Below, one piece after another: positions 30,101-38,934 of a stretch of 64,000 bases of DNA; position 1 is the first letter of the stretch, and every line of letters begins with the position of its first letter. The stretch lies in assembly GCA_965209055.1 (NCBI GenBank), contig OZ242374.1, positions 4,896,001-4,960,000 on the forward strand, given 5' to 3'. The DNA comes from Acidobacteriota bacterium (GTDB taxonomy: Bacteria; Acidobacteriota; UBA6911; RPQK01; JAJDTT01). The translations under genes and the position numbers were made by a program. The notes under the pieces are model-generated. The model did not search any database and was not told the origin of the DNA. It saw nothing but the letters and a program-made list of their open reading frames with translations.

Positions 30101-30664
30101 GTCGGCGGCGACGCGGCGGCGGCCCGAGCCGAAGCGGCGCGTCAGGAGGCTCTCGTGGACCTCGGCCAGATCTCCGAGCGCTATATCCGCGTTCGGACCT
30201 CGGTCCTCTTGCTGCGGTGGGCCATCGACCGCTACAGGCGCGAAAAACAGGCTCCTCTGCTCAGGCGCGCCGGCCAGCTCTTCGCGACCGTCACCGGGGG
30301 CTCGTTCACCGAGCTTCGGGTCGACTACGACACCGGGGATCAGGCTCATCTGATCGGAACGAGGCCCGATGGTGAGGTCGTTCCCGTAACAGGCATGAGC
30401 AGGGGAACCGCGGACCAGCTTTACTTCGCTCTGCGCATCGCTTCCATCGAAAACTATCTCGGTCATGCCCCGGCCCTGCCCTTCGTTGCCGACGATCTGT
30501 TCGTCAACTTCGACGATGACCGGGCGCGAGCCGGCTTCCAGGTGCTGGGAGAACTGGCCGGGAAGACCCAGGTGCTCTTCTTCACCCACCATCGGCACCT
30601 CCTGGAAATTGCACGGGAGACGTTGGGCGGCTCAGTTTCCGATGTGGACCTGACCCGGCGCTGA
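27134..30664 (+). CDS. SMC/Rad50-like coiled-coil ATPase (YhaN / AAA_27 type)
   Basis: RYGHF, Walker A GLNEAGKST, long coiled coil, MS.GT.DQLYFALR signature, ADDLFVNFDD, FFTHH; 1 nt from the nuclease stop. Confidence 0.92.
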   Translation: MRFGQLDLLRYGHFTDRSFGFPASEVDFHVVFGLNEAGKSTALSAIEDLLFGIPMRTPYNFLHDYGSLRIGAVLENEQALLQVVRRKGSKDTLLGTDQLPLPGGETALRPFLAGADRPFFERMFSLDHVRLETGGREILEAKDDVGQVLFSAGAGLTGLRDLLGELSHEADGLWAPRRARRRKFYQALDRLRDAGTELRQRTVTAHKWHELKQAFERAEEAYAGIESEFENLSAEVRRLSRIRRVYREVCRMVDLEEEKDIAALEKVVLLPEDARRVLEESERRDSELTTRIETLSGRLAQAREELSTLEYDERLILRDPDITHLHERRIEVRRGKDDLPKRQAELAAAEVELRDLAAELGWKEEVGKLISRIPARTKLGVLRSLLSRRGKLASDRENRDENVQEAQAEHEEIRQTIEVMGETFDVSRLRSVIRAIRESGDITGRVRRAELEVRHTEDRLDRLLSALHPAVPSPEAAREMRVPPAATVQAHRDKLQSWERRTHEAVRQLARTKKELHRARKKFRSAMREEQIVSLETLREARDDRDALWRLAKKKHIDNLRVTAEEARRYAHALDDLATAVATAIRNADDLADRRFDNAEAAGRLAEMSRTIDEQESGVSQLTQLREELVQEGERLHADWETLWSRAPFSPLPPDAMLEWMKTRNDLLEAVDDRARAARTLEVHCEELREARAELLAEFSSLGADPGLLEQQTLPMLLERADGIRLDHEQEADTKSRFEDRLQEAKSTLERRRRELARAEQAWVRWRKEWSAALNEVGLAMGSNPDSVSALIDVMDRIREKSLRINDLRHQRIGKIRRDVADFEALVEKMVHEVARDLSGTPAEDAVVEIEDRLADARRTRDLRARKEQETRDLENNLRVLVEDREAARGSVNYLRDAAGVATSGELSNAIEKSESLRALHLELATIRKALEQQGDGLTAAELEEECENVDLDQVVAQEDTTQARLRRLRDQLAAAAEQRAQARSAFQAVGGDAAAARAEAARQEALVDLGQISERYIRVRTSVLLLRWAIDRYRREKQAPLLRRAGQLFATVTGGSFTELRVDYDTGDQAHLIGTRPDGEVVPVTGMSRGTADQLYFALRIASIENYLGHAPALPFVADDLFVNFDDDRARAGFQVLGELAGKTQVLFFTHHRHLLEIARETLGGSVSDVDLTRR

Positions 30665-30831
30665 GATCTGCGGATTCGTGGAGTCTCCGCGAGTCGGTCT
30701 CAGTTTCGCGCCCGGCGGCCTCGGCCTCTCTTTCCGGAAACAACGATACGGGCGACTTGGAAGGGGGACTTTCAGTCCCTCGCCCGTCGGTGCAACTACG
30801 GGAATCGGCGACAGGAAAGTCGCGGCTCCCG

Positions 30832-32208
30832 TCACTTCAGAAACGCGTAGGACACTCCCAGCACCAGGTAGAGGCATCCCATCAACACGATGCTGGCCCA
30901 CCAGGCCTTGCCGTAGCGGTACTCGGCCGGCAGGTACTTTCGCCCCAGGAAGGCGTAGGCGACCATCATGATGCCGATCATGGGTGTGTCGATGGCGCCC
31001 ATGACCAGGACCAGGGTGACCGGCTTGGGGAAGAAGGCGTAGACGGCCCAGGAACCGGCCATCATGGCGCTCAGAATCAGCTTCTGCCAGACCTGGGGCG
31101 ACAGCTTGCCGAACAGGCCCGGCGCCTTCATCCGCAGGGGCTGCAGGAACATGCGCGAGGAGCCGTCGAAGATGGAGATGGCGGTGCTGATGATGGCGGC
31201 CCACGCCCCCAGGTAGAAGACGTTCCGGGACCAGGGCCCCAGGACCTCGGTCATCATCAGGCTCAACTCCCGCGCCAGGCCCGGACCCCCAAGGGTGATG
31301 CCCGCCGGGTGCAGAATGCCGACGCCCAGGATGAAGGTGGACATGCAGACGATGAGGCCCAGCACATAGGTCAGGACGATGTTGGTCCGGTTGATCCGGA
31401 GCCAGCCCCGCATGCGGCTCACTTCCTCGGACGAGTTGGGCTGAAACTGCTCCCGCGTCAAACGGCCATGTTCCCGGGCGTGGCCCAGAAGGCCCATTCC
31501 CCGTTCCTCGGCCCAGGCGCTGTACTTGATGGTTCCCGAACCGGCCATGACGATCCCGGCCAGGGACATCATGACCAGCAACTGGTCGAAATCGGTGGCC
31601 ATTCGCGGCACCAGGCCCCGGCCCAGCTCTCCGGTCACGTCCGGAGCCACGAAGCTGGCGCAGATCAGCAGGCTCAGCGTGAACAGCAGGCACATGACCG
31701 TGTTGAAGGTCTCCACCGGCCGGTAGCCGCCGACGATGAGGATCACCCAGACCAGCAGGAAATTGAGGAAGGTCCAGAACACCTGCTGCTGGATCTCGCC
31801 CGCTCCCGGCAGCAGTCCGCCGAAGATGTCGTGGCAGATGAGCCCGGCGATGGCCACGATCCCGCCTCGCAGCAGGAAGTCCTTGATCAGGTTGATGCAG
31901 AACCAGATCCAGGGCACCCAGGAGAACGGCGGTCCCATCCCGGAGCAGGCCTCCAGGAAGTTCTGGCCGGTGACGATGGAGACCCGGCCGATGGCCTCGT
32001 TCCAGAAGGCCTTGGTGACGATGGTCAGGAGGATGAGCCACAGCAGGGCCCCTCCGTAGCGGGCGCCCGCCACCGGCTCGGTGAGGATCTCGCCGCTGCC
32101 GATGGCCTCGGCCAGGAGCATGAGCATGGGCCCGATCCAGGCCAGGGCCGTGACGGTCTCTCCCGAGACCCGCATCACGCGCGGTTGTGTCGATCCCGTA
32201 TCGGTCAT
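30832..32208 (-). CDS. Nramp/MntH-like (YcsG-type) transporter
   Basis: IGP..LLAEAIGSGE, GARYG, IGRVSIVTG, multiple TM helices. Confidence 0.8.
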   Translation of the reverse strand: MTDTGSTQPRVMRVSGETVTALAWIGPMLMLLAEAIGSGEILTEPVAGARYGGALLWLILLTIVTKAFWNEAIGRVSIVTGQNFLEACSGMGPPFSWVPWIWFCINLIKDFLLRGGIVAIAGLICHDIFGGLLPGAGEIQQQVFWTFLNFLLVWVILIVGGYRPVETFNTVMCLLFTLSLLICASFVAPDVTGELGRGLVPRMATDFDQLLVMMSLAGIVMAGSGTIKYSAWAEERGMGLLGHAREHGRLTREQFQPNSSEEVSRMRGWLRINRTNIVLTYVLGLIVCMSTFILGVGILHPAGITLGGPGLARELSLMMTEVLGPWSRNVFYLGAWAAIISTAISIFDGSSRMFLQPLRMKAPGLFGKLSPQVWQKLILSAMMAGSWAVYAFFPKPVTLVLVMGAIDTPMIGIMMVAYAFLGRKYLPAEYRYGKAWWASIVLMGCLYLVLGVSYAFLK

Positions 32209-32217
32209 GGGTTCGGC

Positions 32218-33741
32218 CTATTCCGTCCAGAATGCATAGAGGCTCGCCTGACGCATGTGGAAGCGGATCCGGACCTGCTTTCCTTCCAGCGCGGCCCAAT
32301 TGGGAGTCCCCTTCCACTTGAGCTCGCCCTTCAGGTGATCTCCTTTGACCGGGATGCTCTTGTCCAGCGAGAAAGTGTCGGTGGGACCCAGGATCTCCGC
32401 CCGGATCTGGCCGCCGGAGGCGTCGGCGTTCACGAACAACCTTCGGCCCTCCAAGTTCAGGCGGACAGTCGTGAGAGTCCCCTCCTGGTGGCCGGCGTCC
32501 ATGGAAACGAAGCCGTCCAGGCGCAGCTTGGCCAGCAGGATGGCCCCGTTGTCCGGGACCGACACGTAGCGCCGCCGTCCGTCCACGAGAGGACCGATGT
32601 TGTCCGGCTGAAATCGCCGCCGCATCCCGCTGTAGTAGAGCCACAACTCACCGTCCCGCACGATGGGACGCGTCGGCGGAACGATGGTGCCGGTGTCGTA
32701 GCGGCCCAACCCGTCGTAGGAGAGGGGGATGAAGATGGCCCGTCCCGCCACCCTCTGCCATTCCCTCAGGTCCCGCGTGGAGACCATCTCCACCATGTGG
32801 AACCCATCCTGGTTGCCGATGGGCGTGGGGCCGGTCTGATGAAATTTCATGGGCAGGCCCAGGTACATGCCCTCGTAGGGGAAGACGGGCATGTTGTAGA
32901 TGTCCACGTTGTAGTGGGAGGGCTGGTTGATGGCCATGGGGACCCAGCGGGGATCGGACACGCGCTCGGCGATCCGCTGCCGGCCCACGACCTGGTCCTC
33001 GCCGTCCGCGTGGAAGATGAGCCTGGGCTCGGTCCAGTTTGCGAAATCCTTGCTCACGGCGAGGTAGACCGACCTTCCGTAAGGTGCGGCGTGCTTGACG
33101 GTGGAGAGGAACTGCTTGCCCAGCTCGTCGTAGATCATCTGCGATTCGTCGGCGCTGGGGACGGCGGAGACCTCCAGAGGGGTCCAGTGAAGGCCATCCG
33201 GCGATACCGCCGGCTGCCGCTTCCCAATTCCGAACATGCCCTTGTAGCGCCGTTCCGGCACGTCGTGGGGATCGTAGACGACGTGATAGAGGAACTGTTC
33301 GCTGCGGTCATGCTGGGCCACCAGGTTGTTGGCCTTGGACCCGTCCCATTCGACCAGGTTCAGCACCGGCTTGTCCCAGCGGAGTCCATCCCTGGAGACG
33401 GCGATGAGGGAGGTATGCTGCTCCTTCGTCCCCTTCCCCTTCTTGGCGAAGGCCATGTAGTAGAACTTCCACAGCTTCTCATCCGGGACCCAAAAAGGGG
33501 CCGTGCGCGCCTGCACCACGAAGTTCTCCCAGGGATGCACGGGCCGGATCATGGGGTCCGGGTGCTTCGTGGGCTGGTGCAGAGTGCGCTTGACATTGAC
33601 CAGCTTCCCGATGATGTGGTCGTCGACGAAGAGCTGCTTGTGCTCGGGAGTCACCTGCGGGATGTATTGGGCCGGCAGCAGGGTCCAGCTTCCTTGAACG
33701 ACTGCGAAAACGACCAGGACGACGATTACGATCCGGTTCAT
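32218..33741 (-). CDS. secreted beta-propeller glycoside-hydrolase-like protein (paralog of 5757-7301)
   Basis: Signal peptide; QLFVDD, SRDGLRWDKP, SPDGLHW, SKDFANW, LRLDGFVS. GGAAGG RBS before ATG 33741. Confidence 0.65.
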   Translation of the reverse strand: MNRIVIVVLVVFAVVQGSWTLLPAQYIPQVTPEHKQLFVDDHIIGKLVNVKRTLHQPTKHPDPMIRPVHPWENFVVQARTAPFWVPDEKLWKFYYMAFAKKGKGTKEQHTSLIAVSRDGLRWDKPVLNLVEWDGSKANNLVAQHDRSEQFLYHVVYDPHDVPERRYKGMFGIGKRQPAVSPDGLHWTPLEVSAVPSADESQMIYDELGKQFLSTVKHAAPYGRSVYLAVSKDFANWTEPRLIFHADGEDQVVGRQRIAERVSDPRWVPMAINQPSHYNVDIYNMPVFPYEGMYLGLPMKFHQTGPTPIGNQDGFHMVEMVSTRDLREWQRVAGRAIFIPLSYDGLGRYDTGTIVPPTRPIVRDGELWLYYSGMRRRFQPDNIGPLVDGRRRYVSVPDNGAILLAKLRLDGFVSMDAGHQEGTLTTVRLNLEGRRLFVNADASGGQIRAEILGPTDTFSLDKSIPVKGDHLKGELKWKGTPNWAALEGKQVRIRFHMRQASLYAFWTE

Positions 33742-33903
33742 GTGCCTTCCTTCCGATATCGGTTCCTCTATCTCAACCTTTTGATGGGAACGGCATCCGT
33801 TCCGGCTCCCGGGGCCGGACCGAGGCCGCCGCAAGGTTACGCTTGAGGCAATCCCCGCCGCAACCTTTAGAAGTTCAAAGCCGGACGGCGCGGACACCCT
33901 GAT

Positions 33904-34851
33904 TCAGACCAGGACGACCTTTCCTCCCGGCTTGAGGATCAGGACGTCAGTGGCCGGCAACCGATAGTTGCGCGCCGCCAGAGCCGTGACAAACTCCGCC
34001 GGGTGCCCTCCCTGCGACCTCACCGGAGGGGACGTGAATCCGTAGTGGCAGGGGATGACCACCTTGGGCTGCAGGATCTGTGTCAAGAGGGCCGCGAACC
34101 CCACGCCCAGGTTGGTGTCGTTGATGGGAAGCAGCAGGTAGTCCACCTCGAGGTTGCAGTTCTCGGCCTTGTGAGGGTGGTCGAAGCGGCCGTCGCCCGG
34201 ATGGTAGATGTTGCCGTAGCGGGTCTCGAGAAGGAAGCCGCAGGCGCCCTCTGAATTTCCATGCCGGGCGTATTGAATCCGGACGGTGAAACCCTCGCCG
34301 CGGATGCGGTCCCCATGGGCCACAGCCTGCAACTGCTCTTTGGGAACTCCCTCTTCGATCAACATGGGGTGGCACGACGGCGGCGCCAGAATCCGGGGAT
34401 TGTGACGGGAGAGAGCCTTGACCGACCGGGGCTCGCAGTGGTCGGTGTGATCGTGGGTCACGAGGACGTAGTCGGCCCGCTTCACTTCCGAGCCGGAGAG
34501 CGGGTAGTGCTCGGTCTCAAGGTACAGGCTGTCGGGATCGTAGAAACGGACCTCCGGAGGAAGGCGATCCGCCTGCCGGCGCGCCTTCCGCAACTCGGCA
34601 TAGAGAGGATTGCCGCTCTGGAGGATCGGGTCCAGGAAGATGATCACCTCCCCCAGCCGGACCACGAATCCCACGTTCACGAGGGTCCAGATGGCGTCGT
34701 AGCCGCCGGCGCCGAACACCTCTCCCGCGATCTTGCGCGGCTGCGGGAGCGCGAGTCGACCCGTTTTCTTCCCCTGCGCCTGAGGAACACCGCTCGAGGC
34801 GGCCGCCACTCCGGCCGTCAGACCGGTCTCGATAAAGCTTCTTCGATTCAT
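33904..34851 (-). CDS. Tat-exported MBL-fold metallo-hydrolase (UlaG-like)
   Basis: MNRRSF twin-arginine motif; THDHTDH, H.GD, LLPIN, IPCHY. Confidence 0.85.
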   Translation of the reverse strand: MNRRSFIETGLTAGVAAASSGVPQAQGKKTGRLALPQPRKIAGEVFGAGGYDAIWTLVNVGFVVRLGEVIIFLDPILQSGNPLYAELRKARRQADRLPPEVRFYDPDSLYLETEHYPLSGSEVKRADYVLVTHDHTDHCEPRSVKALSRHNPRILAPPSCHPMLIEEGVPKEQLQAVAHGDRIRGEGFTVRIQYARHGNSEGACGFLLETRYGNIYHPGDGRFDHPHKAENCNLEVDYLLLPINDTNLGVGFAALLTQILQPKVVIPCHYGFTSPPVRSQGGHPAEFVTALAARNYRLPATDVLILKPGGKVVLV

Positions 34852-35068
34852 GAAAACAACTCCCGGAAGACTCGACCTATGCTCTGGCAGTCCAAACGAC
34901 AGTGCCGGCGAGAACACCCCAGCCGGTTGGATCTGGGAGCTCCTTGAAGATTTTCGCACTGCTGCTGATGCTACCCAAGAATTCAACATTTTAAACATTT
35001 CACTGTTTCTATACGATTATCTACGTCCTTTACCTCGGGAAGAGCTGCCGTCGCCGGCATACGTGATC

Positions 35069-37306
35069 ATGAAAGTTCAAAGTCAGTCTCCAGAGGTGCT
35101 TCGGCGCAAGTTGCAGATTGACGAGAGACGTCTGAAGCAGGACCTGAGACTGGCGATACGTGACGTCTACGATGCAATCGTCGAGTTGGTGACGAACGCC
35201 GACGATCGATACCAAGTGCTACGGGAAAAAGGCCGGATCGAGATCGAACTGGGACGCCGTGGCAGGGGACAGACTTCAATCCTGCGTGTTCGCGACTTCG
35301 CGGACGGCATGACGAGAGACCAGATGGACAGAAAACTCGGGCGTGTCGGCGGCCGGGTTTCCGGCTTGGAATCGGGTCATGCCGTGCGCGGAACCAATTC
35401 GCGGGGAGCGAAGGATGTTGCGGCGCTCGGCCGGGTCACTTTTGAATCGATTGCTCGCGAGGACGGCCAGCTTCACAGATGCAGTATAAACAATCTCGAT
35501 TTTGAACTGGCGAAGTCCCGAAGGATAACGCGCGACGACAGAAAGCGTCTCGGCATACACACTGGCTCCGGCACCGTTGTTACGATCGAGATCGAACCCA
35601 AACACAATATACCGGTACGAAAGACACTCACCCGTCAGGTCGCGCGCCTGGTCAGGCTCCGCGATATCATCCGGCAAAAAACTACATCGATTGTAATCCG
35701 GGACCCTAAGACCGGCGGGACGCACCCCCTCAAGTTACCCATGCCGAAGGGCAAGGAGCGAGTCGCCAAGACCTTTACGGTGCCAGGCTATCCGGGGAAG
35801 CATGCCAAGATCACCATATTTCGGACATACAAAAGGTTTGAACGGGGGAATGACCGCTTTCGACTCGGAGGAATCCTGGTCAAATCCAGGCATGCGATCC
35901 ATGAGGCTACGCTTTTCGAGCGGTCTCTTGAATTCGATTCCAATGCACACTGGTTTCATGGTCACCTCAAATGCGCCGCAATAGACGACTTGTGGAACGA
36001 ATACGATGACCGCGAGGAGCGAAATAAATCCCACGCTAAAGACAATCCCCTTCCAATCCTCGATCCGTCGCGAAAATCGGGTCTGACCCGGGACCATCCC
36101 TTCGTCTCGGCACTCTACGGGCAGGCCCTCCATTTTCTGCGTCCTCTGGTCGAAGAAGAGCGGAAACGGGAGCAACGTCAACGGTCTCGAGTGGAAAGCC
36201 AAAAAACCCGTAGGCGATTGGACGATTTGGGCAAGTTGGTGAATCGGTTCTGGGAAGAATTTTCGGACGAGGAAGGGCCAGATACGGCTCGTGATCCTCG
36301 GCACACGGAGCGAGGAAGCCGTTTCCAACTCACGGGATATTCGTTGAGCCCGCCTTTCGCCCAGATTGTGAAAGGCCACTCGCGCACGTGCTGGCTGACG
36401 GTGCGCCAGCAGGCGTTCCCCGAGATCACTGCCGGTGACCAAGTCAAGGTCGATTGTCTGACTGCGGAGTTGACGGCCAACAAGGTCCATGTACCTTTGA
36501 CTCCTCATCCGTCACAGAAGGGTGTCTTGCGCGCCGTATGGTTGGTAAAAGGCGTCAAAGAAACTGCAGCGACCGGTTTGCGTGCCAGTGTCCGTACGAT
36601 CGTCGCCGAATCTACTATTGCCATACTTGCTTCCGAGGCAGACAAGTACCGGGAAGTCACTACACTGCAGTTCGAGCGAAAGCGGTATCGGATCCGCGGA
36701 GGCTCCGGTAAGCGGGTCAAGCTGTTTGCGCCAATTGCACTGATCGAATCGGCCGGGCGCCATTTCGATCTGGAGTACGACGAATTCGACTACCAGATCG
36801 CCGGGTCAAGAGAGCTGTTCCCCAGGCCAAAACTGGGGATCGCGGTGGGGGAGCTCAGAGTGAAACCCCGTCACGAAAGGGTCGCTCCGGCGAAGATGGT
36901 CGCACGCCTCGGAGGACAAGAAGCGGACGCCGAAATACTTGCGCTTCCTCCCCGAGGTTCCGGTATCACTATCAGGCTGGAAGACGTCGACTACGAAACG
37001 CATCGATACAGGTGGAACAGCAATGTACTCGAGATTGCAGCCAGGCATCCCTCGCTTGCACGATATCTGGGCAAGAAATCTGAACATTTCCCGGGGCAGG
37101 ACGAGCGTCATTTTCGGGTCCTCCTAGCTGAAATTGTCGCAGAAGCGACATGTTCAAGGAGGCTGACCCAGAACATCGCGGCGAACCCGATTGACTACGA
37201 GAATTCCAACTGGCAGGAATTCCACCACAAGTTTTCGGCATATATGTCGGATTTCTTACCCAGAGCTCATGCACTGATGGTACCGGACACACGACCTCTC
37301 GATTGA
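35069..37306 (+). CDS. GHKL (Hsp90/MORC-like) ATPase-domain protein
   Basis: AIVELVTNADD (N box), VRDFADGM (G1), RGTNSRGAKD (G2-like), GTVVTI (G3), followed by an S5-like region and an unrecognised C-terminal half. Start ATG 35069 is inferred. Confidence 0.75.
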   Translation: MKVQSQSPEVLRRKLQIDERRLKQDLRLAIRDVYDAIVELVTNADDRYQVLREKGRIEIELGRRGRGQTSILRVRDFADGMTRDQMDRKLGRVGGRVSGLESGHAVRGTNSRGAKDVAALGRVTFESIAREDGQLHRCSINNLDFELAKSRRITRDDRKRLGIHTGSGTVVTIEIEPKHNIPVRKTLTRQVARLVRLRDIIRQKTTSIVIRDPKTGGTHPLKLPMPKGKERVAKTFTVPGYPGKHAKITIFRTYKRFERGNDRFRLGGILVKSRHAIHEATLFERSLEFDSNAHWFHGHLKCAAIDDLWNEYDDREERNKSHAKDNPLPILDPSRKSGLTRDHPFVSALYGQALHFLRPLVEEERKREQRQRSRVESQKTRRRLDDLGKLVNRFWEEFSDEEGPDTARDPRHTERGSRFQLTGYSLSPPFAQIVKGHSRTCWLTVRQQAFPEITAGDQVKVDCLTAELTANKVHVPLTPHPSQKGVLRAVWLVKGVKETAATGLRASVRTIVAESTIAILASEADKYREVTTLQFERKRYRIRGGSGKRVKLFAPIALIESAGRHFDLEYDEFDYQIAGSRELFPRPKLGIAVGELRVKPRHERVAPAKMVARLGGQEADAEILALPPRGSGITIRLEDVDYETHRYRWNSNVLEIAARHPSLARYLGKKSEHFPGQDERHFRVLLAEIVAEATCSRRLTQNIAANPIDYENSNWQEFHHKFSAYMSDFLPRAHALMVPDTRPLD

Positions 37307-37438
37307 CGCCCCCGTCTGCTGCGGAATCTACCGACAAGAGACACTAAGTGTCCGAGAGAGGGGTCGGCAGAAATCTCTCCTGAGGGAAGACTTGTACGGT
37401 GAACGGCACGACCCTAGACTCATCCACGGAGCCTTTTC

Positions 37439-38914
37439 GTGAAGGTCGCAATCGCCGCATTATTGCAAGAGACGAATACTTTTTCCCCTCAAGCCACGGT
37501 CCGGGGCCACTTCCTGATGACCCCCGGACGCGAGTTGATCGAAAGCCACCAAACGGAAAACAGTGAGTTGCATGGATTCGTGGATGCGCTGACCCGGGCC
37601 GGGGCGCGAATCGCGCCCATTCTGGGTGGATGGGCCGTCAGTTACGGCAGGATCAGGGCCGGCGATTTCCACTCGCTGCTGGATGAACTCAAGGAGGGAA
37701 TCAGAAAGGCAGGGCCCCTGGACGGATTGCTCCTGGCGCTGCACGGCGCCTGGGCCGGCGAGGGAATCGACAGTTGCGACGGCGCTGTCCTGCGGGAGGC
37801 CAGAGAGCTGCTGGGGCCCTCGGTTCCCATCGTCGCCACCTTGGATCTCCACGCCAACCTGACCCGCGCCATGCGGGAGAACGCCGATGCCCTGGTGGGC
37901 TATCAGACCTGTCCCCACGTGGACCTTTACGACACCGGACGGCGGGCGGGCGACCTGATGATCTCCCTTCTCCGGCGCGAGGTCCGCCCCACCATGCACG
38001 CCGTGAAGATCCCCATGGTGGTCCAGGCGGAAAACATGCTCACGGACCGGGGCGAATTCCGCCGGATTTACGACCGTGTCCGGTCCTTGCAGGGCCGTGG
38101 CACAACCATCTCCGCTTCAGTATTTGCAGTCCAACCCTGGATGGACGTGGAGGAGTTGGGTTGGGCCTCGCTGGTCATCACCGACGGCGATCCGGCACGG
38201 GCCAAATCTCAGGCCGATGAACTGGCCCGCTTCATCTGGTCCGTCCGGGAGTCGTTCGTCGTTGCCCTCCCCACGGTGGAGGAAGCCTTGGAGCAGGCTC
38301 TTTCCGTACGCGGGGGTCCGGTGGTGCTTGGTGAGGGTGCGGACGGAACCATGGGGGGCGCGCCCGGCGACGGGACCAGCATTCTGGCCGGCATCCTGAG
38401 CAAGGGAATCAATGTGCCGACGGCGGCCGTGGTCGTCGATCCCTTCGCGGTCGAGGAGGCGATCCGGGCGGGAGTCGGGAATACCGTCACCCTGCGGGCC
38501 GGGGGAAGGTTGGATCCCGACTACGCCTCGCCCGTTCGCGTCACGGGCAAGGTCAAGCTCATTTCCGACGGCGAGTTCCGCTACAAGGGCCGCGTTTACA
38601 CGGGCCGCAAGGTCGAGATGGGGAGGGCCGTCGTGTTGTCCATCGGACGCATCCGCCTGCTGATCTCCCAGCGGCCCGTTCCCACGACCGATCCGGAGCT
38701 GTATCGAAGCCACGGGATCGAACCGCGCGACATGAAGCTGGTGCTGGTCAAGTCGCCTTTGGGGATGCGTACCGAGTACGAACCCATCGCTCGTTCCATC
38801 ATCGTCGTGAACAGCCCGGGATGCTGCAGCCCCGACTTGACCACGCTCCCGTTCGTGAGGATGCCCCGGCCCATATTTCCCTTCGACGAGTTCGACTATT
38901 CGCCTGACGAATAA
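37439..38914 (+). CDS. MlrC / M81 family metallopeptidase
   Basis: QETNTFSP, LALHGA, LDLHANLT, YQTCPHVD, D...G.PGD, LVKS. Confidence 0.9.
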   Translation: MKVAIAALLQETNTFSPQATVRGHFLMTPGRELIESHQTENSELHGFVDALTRAGARIAPILGGWAVSYGRIRAGDFHSLLDELKEGIRKAGPLDGLLLALHGAWAGEGIDSCDGAVLREARELLGPSVPIVATLDLHANLTRAMRENADALVGYQTCPHVDLYDTGRRAGDLMISLLRREVRPTMHAVKIPMVVQAENMLTDRGEFRRIYDRVRSLQGRGTTISASVFAVQPWMDVEELGWASLVITDGDPARAKSQADELARFIWSVRESFVVALPTVEEALEQALSVRGGPVVLGEGADGTMGGAPGDGTSILAGILSKGINVPTAAVVVDPFAVEEAIRAGVGNTVTLRAGGRLDPDYASPVRVTGKVKLISDGEFRYKGRVYTGRKVEMGRAVVLSIGRIRLLISQRPVPTTDPELYRSHGIEPRDMKLVLVKSPLGMRTEYEPIARSIIVVNSPGCCSPDLTTLPFVRMPRPIFPFDEFDYSPDE

Positions 38915-38934
38915 AAAGTGGAGATTGTCCGATC

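Noticed and set aside
30757-33846. Very long antisense or alternate-frame ORFs (1029 aa here; also 3813-5594, 9070-10896, 13954-15915, 53515-55413)
   Set aside because: Shadow ORFs of real genes in high-GC DNA, with no recognisable motifs.
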